From Hydrurus foetidus (lineage: Eukaryota), in contig UYFQ01000335.1 in the NCBI GenBank assembly GCA_900617105.1, positions 1 through 64,000 of the forward strand: 64,000 bases of DNA, in the 5' to 3' direction. The notes under the pieces were generated by a model that worked only from the letters and a program-made list of their open reading frames with translations, was not told where the DNA came from and searched no databases. This document shows, piece by piece, positions 22,590-36,909 of this stretch. Position numbers and translations under genes: made by a program. The stretch's first letter is position 1. Each line of letters opens with the position of its first letter.

Positions 22590-25500
22590 ATGGGAACATG
22601 GTGGAGATCCGAGGAAATGACCTATGTGTCTCTAATTGTGTCAGAAGAGGCGGCACCGGCCTGCATCAGGGAACTCGGCATAATGGGCTGCTTTCAATTT
22701 ACTGATCTGAATCCAGAGCTAACTCCTTTTCAAAGACGATATGTTGCATTCATCAAACGGTGCGACGAAATTGAACGCAAAATTCGTTACGTGAATGGCG
22801 AAGCGAAGAAGATGCAAGTTCCTCTGCAATCCGCGGGATCAGTTGAGCACTTTGTTGAGACATCTCAAGCCAATGAAACGGCCTCCGGATCGTATCTCCT
22901 AGAGTCTTTAGAATCGAAGCTCGATGTTTATGAGCAGCAGCTTCTCGACCTCAACAAATATAGTGACAAACTGACCGACGAATACAGTCACAAGGTTAGC
23001 ATTCGAAGAGCCGAGTCAGAATCTAGTCGAAGAAAGCATACCCATGAGCGAGACGCCAATTATTTTATTTCACGTACCGTTATTAAATCCTTGAAATTAA
23101 GGTTGAGTATCACCACTTGTTGGTGAAAGCCCGTAAATTCCACGGAGCCGTCACAGCTATTGAGAATTACGAGCTTGAGAATGCTGCAAAGAACAATAGA
23201 GGAGGTAAAATCAAGGGCTGACGACACTGATCTGAGCGTTTAGAATGAGGCCTAAATTGAGTTTTATTTTTGATATCAGGGGAGGCAGGTGTCGCCATGT
23301 CATCTCTCCTAGGAGACGAGAGAGGACCTTCTCACGGCGATGAGATGACTTTCGCCAACATAGCAGGCGTGCTACCAGCGATTGACAAGGTCGCATACAC
23401 TTCTATTTAATACACACTCATACAAAATATCCATACATTCGACTCAAAACCTCCCCAAGGCACTGCACTGAAAATATAGAACATTACAAAATCACAACAT
23501 CCGATCAATAGCAACTCACTCCATTGCATGACATCAATCCTATAGGTTCGATTTGAACGCATGCTTTTCAGAGCCACGAGAGGAAATTGCTACGTGCGAT
23601 TCTCAGCGCTTAGCGGAAAGGCCGTAGATGCATCAGGCAACCATATCGCCAAAGTAAGTTGCTTGAAACATGCTGCAATTAAATGGCTTTTGTTCTGACA
23701 TTTTGTGCTTTATTCATTTTTTGTGTATTTGACACCGAAACGAAAATCCACATGAAAGTCTCTATTAGAAAAATATTTTCATCTAACATATTCTTATTCC
23801 TACCCTTATTTTTCTTCATTTTTCCGATTTGTATTTCTAGGTGTGCTTCATAATCTTCTATAAATCATCCTCCATTGAATCAAAGATCAAGAGAATTTGT
23901 GACGCCTTCTCCGCCAATAGATACGACTTGTCGAATCTGAACATGTCCCAAGAGCTGGACAAGCAGCAGCAGGACAATTACAGAGAAATGACAGAGGTGA
24001 TCATCATTGTCATCGAAAGTAACTTTACCCTAATCTGATGAAGCAATCAATTTTTTATGCTGAAAATGTTTTCTGTTGATCTTAATCCCACTTACATTAA
24101 ACACTAAATTACTTCTTTGAACCCTTGATTGCCTCTCCTAATTTCTTATTTGCTTTTTATTTATTTTCTCATTCTCTCTACCTTTCTGGATTTTTTCACT
24201 TATTTCCTCCCGCATTCTTTCCTCGTTTCCTTTTTTCGAGGCCAAAATTGTGTTGGATAAAAACACGGAAACCAGATTACGTCTGTGCGTGGAGGTGGCG
24301 AAGAACTTGGAAGAGTGGCTCTGGATCGTCAGAAGAGGTGCGTACGTACGTGTGTGCGTCAGCAACTGATAGCAATTAAATGCGATACAATTCTAATTGC
24401 TTTTCTTAAAGTCACTACATCACTCTACTCTGCTCGATTCCAGTCTTTGATTTTGTCGTACCCGATCAAACTCAACATCATTCCCCCCCCCCTCCCCTCC
24501 CACTTCCCCCCTCCTTTCCCTTTAGAGAAGAGTACGTACCACACATTGAATCTTTTCAAGAATGACGTGGCGGGCAATCTGCTGCGAGGCAGAGGATGGG
24601 TTCTCACTGAATCCGTGCCTAAAGCCAGATCCGCCCTGAAGAGAGCGCACATCTCCCTCAACCTCCCTCCTACTGTAAGCACATCACACACTGATTTATT
24701 GGATATTATAATGCAGAGCAGTCGATTTCGCTACTTACATTCTCCTTGCATTTGATTGCATATTTTGGACCTTAAACACCTTCTGGTCTTCGCTAAGCCA
24801 TGCACTATTCTTTCATCTACTAAACTATTCAATCAATTTTGCTGACCATCAAAATTACCCGTCTCCAACACCACCTCCCCCCGCTTAACAATCTTCACTC
24901 TATTCACCCTTCTCAAATGTATCCATTATTATCCCCGAAGGCGATGATGGAAAAGGTGCCTGAGAGCTGGCCCACCGCACCTACGCACTTCACCGTCAAC
25001 AAATATACATACGCATTCCAAGAATTCGTAAACACGTACGGAATTCCAAGGTTCGCACTGTCTACGCGTTGTGACATCCTCTTGTAACTTTGACGCCCTC
25101 TCTACCTCCCTCCCCCTTCCTATATTCCTCTCACTTTCCCTATCACACTCCCCTCCCCTTCTCTATCACTCCAAGATACCGTGAGGCCAACCCCGCCCTC
25201 TTCACAGCCGCTACTTTCCCTTTCCTCTTCGGAGTGATGTACGGAGATATCGGACACGGAGGTAACACAATCGGATACTGCTATTTACTATTATTGCTCA
25301 CTTGATCGTTCTTTGATGTGGAACATGGAGATCTTTCCGTATAGAACTGGGACAGTTGTGTTTTTTTGTGTGAGACGTCTGTCGTATCAAATTTAATTAT
25401 TGGTGATATGACTGCGGGCAGACATCTTCATCATCGTATGCAATACAACGAAATTGAACTACACCATGCTCCATCAATCCTCTCACCCTATACAACACAC

Positions 25501-28500
25501 ACACAAACCCTCCCCTCCCACTGAATCCAATCCATATCATATTCCCCGAAGGTCTACTCGCTCTCGCTGGTCTGTACCTTATCCTCACAGAGGCTAACGC
25601 CACTAGAAGAGATGTGGGGGAGATGGTCAGAGATATCTACAGCGCGAGATACATGCTCTTCATGGTGAGAAATGTGATGTGATGTGCAGTACAGTGTGAA
25701 CACATGTGATGGTTGTTATTCTTACTACGCGCCTGGTACTCGTGTGTTGAGCCGAGTGTTTTTCTTCTTTCTCTATCCCCCACTTTCTTGTTTCCAATGA
25801 ATTTCTTATCACATACCATGCCTCCCCCTCTTCTTCTCTATCTATCTACTGCACTTACCTCACTCTCTGTCCTCCCTTTTTTTCCTGTTCCTTCACAGAT
25901 GGGTTGCATGGGGGTGTACGCCGGTCTGATCTACAACGACTACTTCTCCCTGGGCCTCGATCTTTTCGGCTCTAACTACCAGTTCCTAACGGAGGAATCT
26001 GGATCTAAGGTCCGTGTTTTCAGTTTTAGTTTCTTAACTTTAAATCATTCAATACTGCTGCTCTCTAATTAATATGGTGCATTGATGGCCTCTAGTTGTT
26101 GAAGTCTCGAGATCTAGTCTTGATTCGCGCGTATGTCTTTTCTTCGCCAAATGCCTCACTTACTCACCTCCTCCGTAACACCCTTCTGCGTTCTGTGGCT
26201 TTCATAATCCCAACTCCTTCCCAACGTCTCTTGCCTCTCTCCCCACTCCCTCACCTCTCTTTCGGCTCCCTTCTCTCACCCCCTCTCCCTCCTCAACACA
26301 ACGCACCCCTCCTCTACTCTTCACCATTGCTAGGCTGTGATGCTCTGTGCCTACGGTGACCCCAAGTGCGTGTATCCATTTGGAGCCGATCCGATCTGGA
26401 AAATATCCGCAAACGATCTCCTCTTCTTCAACTCCATGAAAATGAAGATGTACGTCACTCACATACTCTGACGGTTATTTATTAAGTGTAATGTAGACTC
26501 AGCAATCAAATCCTTTTCTGATTTCGAGTTCATCCTAATTTGTCATGAAAACTTGTCTATCGTGAGATCGTTTGACTTACGTTTATCTCTTCTAATTACT
26601 TTATTTTATTTTTCATTTAATCTTATTTTGTAATCTGGAAACACAGGTCCGTGATCCTTGGCATCACCCAGATGATCTTCGGAGTGTGCCTAAAGGGAAT
26701 GAACGCCTTGTACTTCCGATCGTACCTGGACTTCTTCTGCGAGTTCCTCCCCATGATCATCTTCGCAGTGGGCTTCTTCGGATACATGGTCATACTCATT
26801 TTCATCAAGGTGCGTATGATGGACGCTATTCATTTATTTCTCCGTTCTCTTTTTTCTGCTTGTCTCTTCTCATTCACTGCCGCTCTCATTTCTTCGATTC
26901 TTTGGATGGGCTATTTCAGACTTACATCTTCTGTCTACTCCCGTGCTAAACTATCTTGTCTTTTCTTCTCCATCTCCACTTTTCATGTCATCAACACTTG
27001 AAACTCATGATCTTTATTTACCATTCCACATCATTACTCACGTTTCTCAAAATAATCACGCCCACAAAAAATATTTCATTTCGATATTCAGTGGAGCATT
27101 AATTGGGACGAGAGAATGGCGCTGGGGTCGTGCAACTATGATGCATCAGGTCTTTTCGGAGGGTGCAATCTAGGTCAGTAATATGGTCATGAGAAGATGT
27201 TGAATATGGATTCATCTGTCGCACCCACTCACCTTCTTTCTCTTTATCTATGGGTAACACTTTCCTTCCATGCTTCCTCCCCTCTTTCCTTCGGGCTTCT
27301 CTTTACACCTCCTTATTCTCCTGCATGGAGTACTAGGAAACCGCCAGACAAGTTGATGCGCTCTCTCGTTCTCTTCACATCCTTGAACTCACCATCTCAT
27401 CTCTGACCGTATCACCTCCTCGTCCTCCTTCCCTCACCATTAATCCCCTCCCTTCATCTCCCCACTCACTCATACTCTCTCTCACACACGCATACACACA
27501 CACCCTCTCAGGCACTTCCAAGAGCTGCTTCACTTCCCTCGGCAAGGTGTGCACTCCTCTGTCCACCCTCGTGGACATCTGCCCCCTGCAGTATGGAGGA
27601 ACGGGACAGGGCTGCCAGCCGCCCAATCTCATCACCACGCTCATCAATATTGCACTCAAACCTGGTGAGTTTATATCTAGTATGTTTCTTTTGTTGGATT
27701 GTGTCTGATGCAGTGCATGAGATGCTGTACTTTGCTTTGCTATGCGCTATGTGTGGAATATCCAATATGCTACGGAACACTATTTGCATTTGTATGCACG
27801 CTACACTCCAATAGAACACTCACTAACATGACATTAAACACTCACTAACATGACATTAAACACTCACTAACATGACATTAAACACTCACTAACATGACAT
27901 TAAACACTCACTAACATGACATTAAACACTCACTAACATGACATTAAACACTCACTAACATGACATTAAACACTCACTAACATGACATTAAACACTCACT
28001 AACATGACATTAAACACTCACTAACATGACGTGAAACACTCATCCATACCATACCAGGAGCTGTCGATGAACCGATGTATGCCGGTCAAGGCAGCGTGCA
28101 AACCGTGTTGCTGCTGATCGCATTCCTGTGCGTTCCCTGGCTGCTGCTGGTGAAACCGCTATATCTCAGACACGTCAACAGCCAGAAAGTCGTTGTAGTG
28201 CATGGAGACTCAGGTGAGAGAGAGTCAGATGTCTTTATTTTGCAATGGTGTTTAAGACAGTTAGGCTTGGTAGTTGTGATTTATTACCGTGAGTGAGTGA
28301 GTGATTTTATCGATCATTCGTATTTGTTAACTTTTGTCTGTTGCTTCCCACAGTTTGTTACTGACTGGAGCAACGAACCATTTTCATTCTTTCCGATCTC
28401 GTTTAATCTTAACAGATTTATCTGCCGTTTGAATAACATATTGTATCAAGTACCATCCTCTACTCAACCTCCCAACTCCTCTGCACTCCTCCCCCCTCTA

Positions 28501-29680
28501 TTCACTCTCCTCTCCCACTCTCCCTCTCTGTTACTCCCCTCCCACTCACCCTCTCTCCCTTCTCACTCCCCCCTATTCCCAAGGTTCTCACAACCCTCTT
28601 CTGAAGGGCCACGAAGACACTTCCCATGCGAACCCTCACGGGCCTGTGGACCATTCGGGAGCAGGGGGAGGAGACCACGGACACGGAGGGGAATTTAATT
28701 TCGGAGAAATTTTCATCCATCAGGTATTTTGAATAGTCACAACGTAGTTCTAGGTGACAAATAGACTGACTGATGCCTGACTGAGTTACTTATTGTGTAT
28801 ATGAATTATCCGACAAAAAAGATGTATGTACTGTAATGCAAATACTTCCATTTCTTCTCTCCTCTCTTCCTCCTAAATCTTGTACTCGCTCATTGCATTT
28901 CACCCTTATCTCCACCTTAACCCACCTCTCTCCCATCTCTCCTCCCTCTTCCTCTCATCTTCCCCTCCTAGTTATTCCTTCTCTTCCCGTCTCCACCTTC
29001 ACTCCTCCTCTTTTTTTCTCTCCCTAATGTGCCCCTAATATATCCCCACCTCTACCCTTACCCCCACCAACATCTTCAGGCTATCGAAACCATCGAGTTC
29101 GTGCTTGGCATGGTGTCCAACACGGCTTCTTATCTGCGTCTGTGGGCTCTGTCTCTAGCTCACACAGAACTCGCAACCGTCTTCTGGGAGAAGGTGCGCG
29201 TTGATTATTTACTATCTAACTGGTTATCTGTCTGTCCTGTTATTACTGCATTAAATTGTGTTGAATTACACCGTCCTTGTAGCAGTAATGGTGCCCACTA
29301 CGGGGTGCATTTCTTTTTATGAGTACTGCCTCCTCCCACTCAAACTTCCCCTCCTGATATCCCTCCTCTCCTCCATCCTTCTTATTCATTCTAACCTCAT
29401 TCTTTCCAATATCATTCTCTTTTTCCTTTCATTCACACTTTCTATCCAGGCAATGCTCTCGACAATCGAAACAAATAATCCCGTACTAATTTTCTTCGGT
29501 TACGCGGTGTTTGCCGCCGTCACATTCGGAGTGTTGTTGTGCATGGACGTGTTAGAATGTTTCTTGCACGCACTTCGTTTGCACTGGGTGGAGTTCCAAA
29601 ACAAATTTTACAAAGCTGACGGTTACAGATTCCAACCATTCGAATTTAAGGCTATTTTGGAAAAAGCAATTTTGGAGTAA
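22590..29680 (+). CDS. ATP6V0A: V-type proton ATPase V0 subunit a, 19 exons
   Basis: [86 protein letters not shown]. 18 GT-AG introns were traced in frame by hand. Confidence 0.97.
27815..28042 (+). repeat. 22-bp minisatellite (AACACTCACTAACATGACATTA) x ~10 in V-ATPase intron 15
   Basis: 9 perfect units, one variant, one partial. Confidence 0.97.
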
Positions 29681-31235
29681 ACTGGAGGACTTCTAACCAG
29701 AATATAGTTGAGGGATTCTAATTGTTCCGAAAGTAGATCTTAAATTATCGCATCGTTGTGGTAGGAAAATTTTGCTGTGTAATTCTTCATTCTTGTTGAG
29801 TATATTTTAGCCGATAAAAAGTGCTGAAAATGCAACATACTTGATTTGCGGGGAAATTAAATTAAGTCACAGCAACTTCATTTTGTTTCCGTCTCAAAAA
29901 AAAATTCTTCTTTCAGAAGTGCGCTATGCTCCGCGATTAAAATGAGATGACAAATTCGTATATCTATTAGAATAAAACTGTATGTGATTGCCAGCACAGT
30001 TCCGTGTCGGCATGGCATATCTCTCCATCCCTGCACGATGGATGCAACTGTCTGCACGTGAATTATCTGATTGACAAGTGTTGGCTGACTGGAGGACCGG
30101 ACCGTTAGCTTTACAAGGCCTCTCTTCAACGCTTCCACTCACTCAAGATAGCAGTGACCCAATATCGATGCAACCAACCGCAACACGGTCCTTCTCAGAA
30201 CATCCTTACACGGCAGCAACCGACTTTTGGAACAGCACATAATTCAACTGCTTTCATTTCATTGAATGTGGGCGGCACCGAAACATCAAGAAATAAATGG
30301 AGCCGAACGAAAGGAAGACGTCACAATAAGATCAGTACCACACTGCGGCATGCACAAGGCAGATAGAGAAGCGAATTTGAAAACAAAATACCGATTATGT
30401 TTTACATGTTAGATATGGGGGATACGAGAATTCGAAGAGATTTCAAAGTGCACAGAAAACAAAATTAAAATGTAAAAGTGACTGCCGAGTAAGACGCTCA
30501 AATTTAATTTTGAAAATGTAACCCAACAAATTATTCAATACATACGCCGAAATTTCCTCAAATTCCGATTCAAAATAAACACATGTTCATGACGTATTTT
30601 TTCGAGCTTTCATACGTAAGAAATGATTAATTAACTAAACAGGAAATTTTATACGAACATAGTGGTAGACCATACAAGTAAGAAAATAGTATTTTGTATT
30701 TTGAGTTTTCCGATACAAAATAATTTCCGGACTATCAGATTCTTTTCAAAAAACGATCCTCTTCAACTAGCACGTTTTTTTGTAAAGTCCCCATAATCTA
30801 AATTAGTTTCCTTCCACGTGTATCGTTTTATTCCATTTTTAAGGCTATGTTTTTGTAATTCGAAAATTTCTGTATTATATGCCGATTTCAATAGAAAATT
30901 TATACCTACAGAACAAATTTGAATATTTTTACAAGCGTAAATTTTTTTGCGAGTCTGTCAAAGCAAATATGTCGAACGATACGGATATTATATTTGATTT
31001 GAATATCTTATTGATTTTGTCTGTCAATCGATTAATCACATTTTATACGATATATTTCAACCCCATACATTATCATGCTTGTCAAAGCGCAAAAATAATA
31101 AAAATCAATATCTTCTGTTGATCATCAAATTGTTGAAATCATCACCTCAAGTTACAACACATTGATGGTCTACGATTCACTGCAACGGTTATCATCGTTA
31201 CTCATTCCCCACATCACCACACATATTTCGTATTA

Positions 31236-33542
31236 TCATACTGAATTTTGACAAGGTACAAAAAATCCCCTCGATGACAAAGATTCAAATAAATAATCGT
31301 GTTTCTTCTTAATTTCTTCGATGTTCATTTCAGCAAGTAGAATTATTTTTTCTTCTTTTATTGAATACTTTGATGATGATGATTTATCGTGAACACCAAA
31401 AGGACTGAAATTAGCCTTGATTCGTAAAATACGACTGTCATCCACAATTATTTCACTTAAAAAGTTGTTCTGCAACTTTGTCGATTTTTTCGTTTCGATC
31501 ACGTCATCGTCATTTCTTTTGTTTTTACCGTTTTCCCCCGTATTTCCGTTATTCGGCAGACTTGTATCATCACCGCTAATACTCATGTCGTCAGCGAAGT
31601 TGTCGTGGACATCGTATTCTTCATCATTGTCCTCATCGTTGCCTATCTTATTGTACTTCTTTTCGTTTTCAATACTCCTCTCATTCTTACTTTCATCCTC
31701 ATCTTTTTTTATTTCTTTTGTGTTTTTATTTTTTACTGCAGTGTATGTCGCATTTATAATTTCCTTCATTACATCCTTGCTCTCTGTCCCTTTCTTCCAT
31801 TTTTCATTCTTTCTTTCCTTCTTCTTCTCCTCTCCCAATACAATCCCATCATCAGTATTGCTGCTATCGAGTGTTATTTTTTCTAGTAAATCAATCTCAG
31901 CACTCCCTGATGTACTAATAATAACACTCTCAACACAGTCTCTACTGATAACTTTGCCAATATCCTCGTTATGTTCGACTTTTTTATCCCACAATTCAAA
32001 TATTACAAAACATCCAAATTGAGAAGCTTGATCTAGAATTTTCAGGATTCCCAAAGATCCAAGAACCGACAATATTGTGTAGTCATGACCGGAATAAATG
32101 TTCATATTGTAATTTTCTCTAAACGATTGCTGATAAGAAAGGAAGAAGATAGGGAATAATAAACCAGATATCACATATCATCGCAATGAATTGTGCCAAT
32201 CAGAAAAGTGATAAAATGTAAGTATTCTATCAACAATTCAACTTTTGTTTGCAATTCAGTTTGATGATAATTGTTTGCATTACATACATATTTATCACAA
32301 ATATTCAAGTATAAATAATCACCTGGAAAATTTCCACACTTAATGGCGCGCCTAAAACAGGATCGACAAGCGGATAAATAAATCGTCTAGACCACACTTG
32401 ACAAGCTAACTCCTCTAACTTCTGCTTCATGTTGTTGGGAATGCGTTTTGTAAGAGCTGTTCGGGTGTTAGGTACGTGCCAGTACGCTTCGCACTCTAAT
32501 AGAGCGAATAAATGAGTTGTCGACCAAAAACATTTATAATCATTATTAACCATTTCCTGCTTCGCCCCCGCAGCTATAAAAAGATTTGATAGAAATTCAC
32601 GATTGCTGGACGCTATTTCAACAAATTGAGGATCCGTCTGTGCTTCTATTTTTATTTTGTCCACAACTTTTTTATGAACTTTCCACGGTCGAAAAAAATA
32701 ATCTTCATCTATTGCTTTCTCCGTTGCATAAATAAATGGCTTCGGTTTCTCGGATACCGTTTGTACCTAATCAATGTAGATTACAGTCGAAAATAGAAAA
32801 AAATTGATCAACAATATGTTAAATGATTAACTGCAGATACGATAAACTCTGCAGAAAATTATTCCATCTGGAATTCATGTAGTCAATATGATAATGTCAT
32901 GTACATATATGATTCTAAGTGAAAGGACGGTCATGGGTGGCTACATGACAAGTTAAGAAGCTTACTACGCGTGCAGAAACTGCTTCGTAACATTAGATAG
33001 GGATAAAAAAGACGACAAGGAATATTCTTCTTACATCGTTGCTTATGGCATCGTTGAAGCCTTTAATAAAATCGTCCCCACTCTCCATCGCCCTCCCTGA
33101 TTTACTGCAACGAAACATAACTCTAGGAATAGGAAAGCGTCCGCTATATTTCTGCGCAAACCATCCCCCAAGAAATTTTATCATTTCATGACCGATTGGA
33201 GTTAAGTGTTCGTATTCAGTAGCATTCCACTGAGAGCATACGTCTGTAATTTCAGAGAACGGTGACGTCTCTGATGCTGCAATGTTAACAAAGTGCAAGC
33301 AGAAAGAAGATAGAGAAGGGTACATGTGAGAAATATGGCCAAAAGTCTAGACGCTCCCATGGTTACACTCAAATACAGCACTCGTAGATTTGTTTTCAAA
33401 TTGTATGACGACATGTCCAATGAGATCAGTGGAGCTTTGGCACGATCTGCATCAGTTTACCTCCTGGTCCCCTGGCACCATGACGGAGTAATATGCTTAC
33501 GGAAAGAAGTTTTGCTGGTGAACTTTCTTGTCCATGCATCAT
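31236..33542 (-). CDS. Histidine acid phosphatase (clade 2), multi-exon
   Basis: First exon MMHGQESSPAKLLSVSILLRHGARGP (RHGxRxP); LTPIG, RAMESG, YSGHDYT (HD motif). Confidence 0.88.
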
Positions 33543-34420
33543 GGTCGGCAGCGCTCCAAATCTTCGAGTGCAGCTAACTTCTTTCTTACTTAGCTAATCG
33601 AGTTGCTTGATCACAGCAGACGACAAAAGATTCTGGCGATAAAGAACCTTTTCATTGAAGTTGTGGTCGTCTACAATTACAGTTGGCGGTTGTAAATGAT
33701 AATGCACGACACGACACCAAAAATTTGTCCGTGTGTGAGTGTACGGTGTAATGACGTACCTAAAGTCAACAGGAGTATACCCAATTTCAAAAATAACTCC
33801 CCAAAATTCCGTGAATATCCTTAGTCGCAAAACTATTCGCCATTTCTGACTATCGAAGACACTGTGTAGTATCTGCTGAAGGCATTGTGACCTCGAACTA
33901 GTCGGGGTGTATTCGTGAACCAAGTTATCCATTCAACTGACGGAATAAATATTTCACAGATGTCACATGGCGCCACTTTTCTTTTACTGAGGTGAAAGCT
34001 TAGAATTTATTGAAGGCAAGGAAATTCCAATGGAGTGGAAGATTTGGTCTCGATGTATTGACGATAGTGGTTAACTTTGATAGGAAAGAACAGAAAGAAA
34101 ATGGATGAAGTCAATTAATTATTGTTACACTTCGAGAATATTATTAGCAAATACAGCGAGTGACATTCAGGACTGTCAAACACTATCGTTCCATGAGCTA
34201 CGGACTGCGGTAACATGTACATTACATAACTGGAGCTTAGCTGTGTCAAGTGCATGATACAATCAAGTCCAGATTATTTCGTACATTGCAAGGAAAACTA
34301 AATAATAAAGTGTTCATTCAAATAGTGTGATACGTGTGTTTCGGTAATGTGAATGTAATGAGTATTGGTAGGAGCTACTGTAAGTCGTCAGTTAGGAATA
34401 AAAGAAACGTGAGGTAGACT

Positions 34421-36550
34421 CTACTGTGAAAGAAAATCAAGCAAAAGAAGAAAAAAAGCAAATCCTAAATGAAGAAAAAGCATGGACCGTTGGTGCGACT
34501 CCGACCTCTCGATGGTTAAACTCAACTCGTTATCCGCATCTTTGACATACTCTAATGTGGATTTACTGCTTTTATTCACGTCATCCACTTGTTCCCTCTG
34601 ACCTTGTAAAATCGTCACGAAATCTAGTAGCAAATTCGTGACTTTTTGTACCGTTTTTTCCATTTTATTCGCTTCGATTAATTCCGTACTAAATTGAATT
34701 TGTAGACTTTTCGATTCTTTCAGCAGAAGTTTCTTGTGTTTTAGACCTAATTCGTGATATTCTTTCAACTGCTTGGGAGGAGCGATTTCTGACTCATATC
34801 GGTCTACGAAAGATTGAGGTAATGTTTTTGGTACGGAACTCTCAGATTTTGCTGTTTTCGTAATATTATCTTTTTCCATACTGACTTTTTTCGCGTCATT
34901 ATCACTGTCCAATTTATCAAGCAAATTGGTAAAATCTTTCCCTGGAGCACTTAACACATCCAAGTCACTTTTTTTCGATTTTTTCAACATTGAAATATCC
35001 AGATTTTTAAAATTCTCTTTCAAGGATGAATTTGTCGAATTGGTGAAAAACGAAAAATGAGGTGCGGAATATTTCATTCTTTCGTTTTGCAATCGGTGTG
35101 TGTTTTTCGCGAACAGTCCCAGTCTCTGAGGTAATTGAAGAAAAAAAGGAGGAAAGAGTGATTGAGTTGGCATTAATGAAGATCCCCGAATTCGTTATGT
35201 CTCATAGAATAGAGGTGGCATCATTGTGTGGAATGGATTCTTCTCTACCAGATAGGAACGAACATTCAGATGACGCGTCAAAGAGAGTTCCAAAGAATGT
35301 TCAAAAGAGGGGACGTGAAAAGTGCGCAGGAGATTTATGCGGTATGATTTGTAACGACACAGTCACAATTCGTACGTAACATGCCGTACGGACATCCTTC
35401 TACTGTGTGTGTCGTTGTGCATCCACTCATTTCGGAATGGAGCACTATTTAGCAAATGGAGAGAGGTCGAGTGCAACTTGAAAACGAATAAATTCGATCT
35501 GCTTCTCGACCGATTATTACATTGCAACCGGATGGATTGATGGATAGGAGTTTGTGTGAGCGTTGATGGTGATATGATGGTGATGTGATGGTGCGGGTGG
35601 GTGGTTGAGGAGAAGATAGATGAAACGGATTGACGAAGTGTGGATACTATGATAGGCTCGCACATAAGATGATAACGCTTGACCATTCTCATCAGCTTCC
35701 AGAAAAGCAACTTTAATCTTTGAAATAGGAGAGGACGCTACATTCAATACATCATAAGTTACCAGCATCACTAACCTCCATGAGATACGATGTGACATCC
35801 TCCTTATGACTTCTTTCTTCCTTTCTGCCGCTGGACGACTCCATTTGAACAGAGTCGATATCTTTCATTTCTCTCCATTTCACTATTTTTCTCATTGAAG
35901 CGGCAGATTGGATAGTCCTCTTAAGATCGCGGACTTCAGTGGCAAAAGTTGTGACAAAGATCGCTATTTCTTGAGTGAATTCCGCTCTCTCCGCATCGCC
36001 CATGATAGGCGCATTCTTATAGAATGTTGTTCTCAGCGGGTGAAACCTGATGGAGTAATGCAGGAATTCGTTGTGCGATCAGTCGCATGTTTTTGTCCCA
36101 GGTCTGAAAAAAAGTTGTCAACTACAGTAGTGCGTTTCCGCAATCAGGCAGTGATGTACCTGTGGTAATCTACAAAGGAGTCGGCGGTCTTCTCTAGCAA
36201 GATCTCGAATGATGCAATCTGGGTGAGCTGAGTTTTAAGATTAGATATTGGAGTATTTGAGAGTTTTATTCTAGAATTTCCGCCAACAACATTTTAGGGA
36301 GTTCTGAATAAAAATCCTTTAAGGATTGTTACACTTCCAAATGAAATGCTGTGATTTTGAGTGAGGTAGTTGAAAGAAGAGATGAATTTTTGGTGGGAAG
36401 GGGGTTTGTTGGCATCAGTTAACTCACCAGTTCGGCTGCTCGAAGAACGAAGGTTGACGTTGGTGAGCGCGCGTGAGTAGAACCCTCAGCATGAGAATTT
36501 CCAGCGAAAACTCCCTTAATTTCCCTTACGAAGTCGGCAGTCCGATCCAT
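34421..36550 (-). CDS. STX18: Syntaxin-18/Ufe1/SYP81-like Qa-SNARE, multi-exon
   Basis: N-peptide MDRTADF at 36550; SNARE heptads (EANKMEKTV...QGQREQVDDV); C-terminal TM ending LLLLDFL. Confidence 0.8.
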
Positions 36551-36909
36551 GCTCGTCACTAATTGATTTGTGGAGACTGCGCTATTTCATATAATACCTC
36601 TTACCTCTGAGGCAGCGAAATTTATTAATTTGTGTGGAGAGGTGACCGATGTGCAAATCTGTTCATTTCCGTGTTTTTGTAAACGCATTTACGGTTTTTG
36701 AAGAAAACTGAAGACACATCGCGAGGCTAGAGCTTTCAACTCTATCGGCCAGCGAGCTAAAGAAAGTGTAAAAGCTCTCCTCGAACGACTTCCGTTGTCC
36801 ATGGACTCACAGTCTGGCACTTTCAGACTTAGTAAACTCAGATGTCAGAAAGAGCATTGAGAATGACCCAAAGTCGCAGAATTGCTTGGAATATGTTAGT
36901 ACAATAGTT

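Noticed and set aside
27815..28042. Telomeric or CRISPR repeat
   Set aside because: Intronic 22-bp head-to-tail unit, no spacers, not a G-rich telomere motif.
29878..30366. Short ORFs in a slightly GC-richer intergenic patch
   Set aside because: No recognisable motif, splice pattern or terminal repeats.
31417..32022. 201-aa hydrophobic + strand ORF (and similar F/S/L-rich ORFs at 44157, 59226, 61294)
   Set aside because: Antisense shadows of K/E/D/N-rich exons or of purine/pyrimidine-rich intron tracts.
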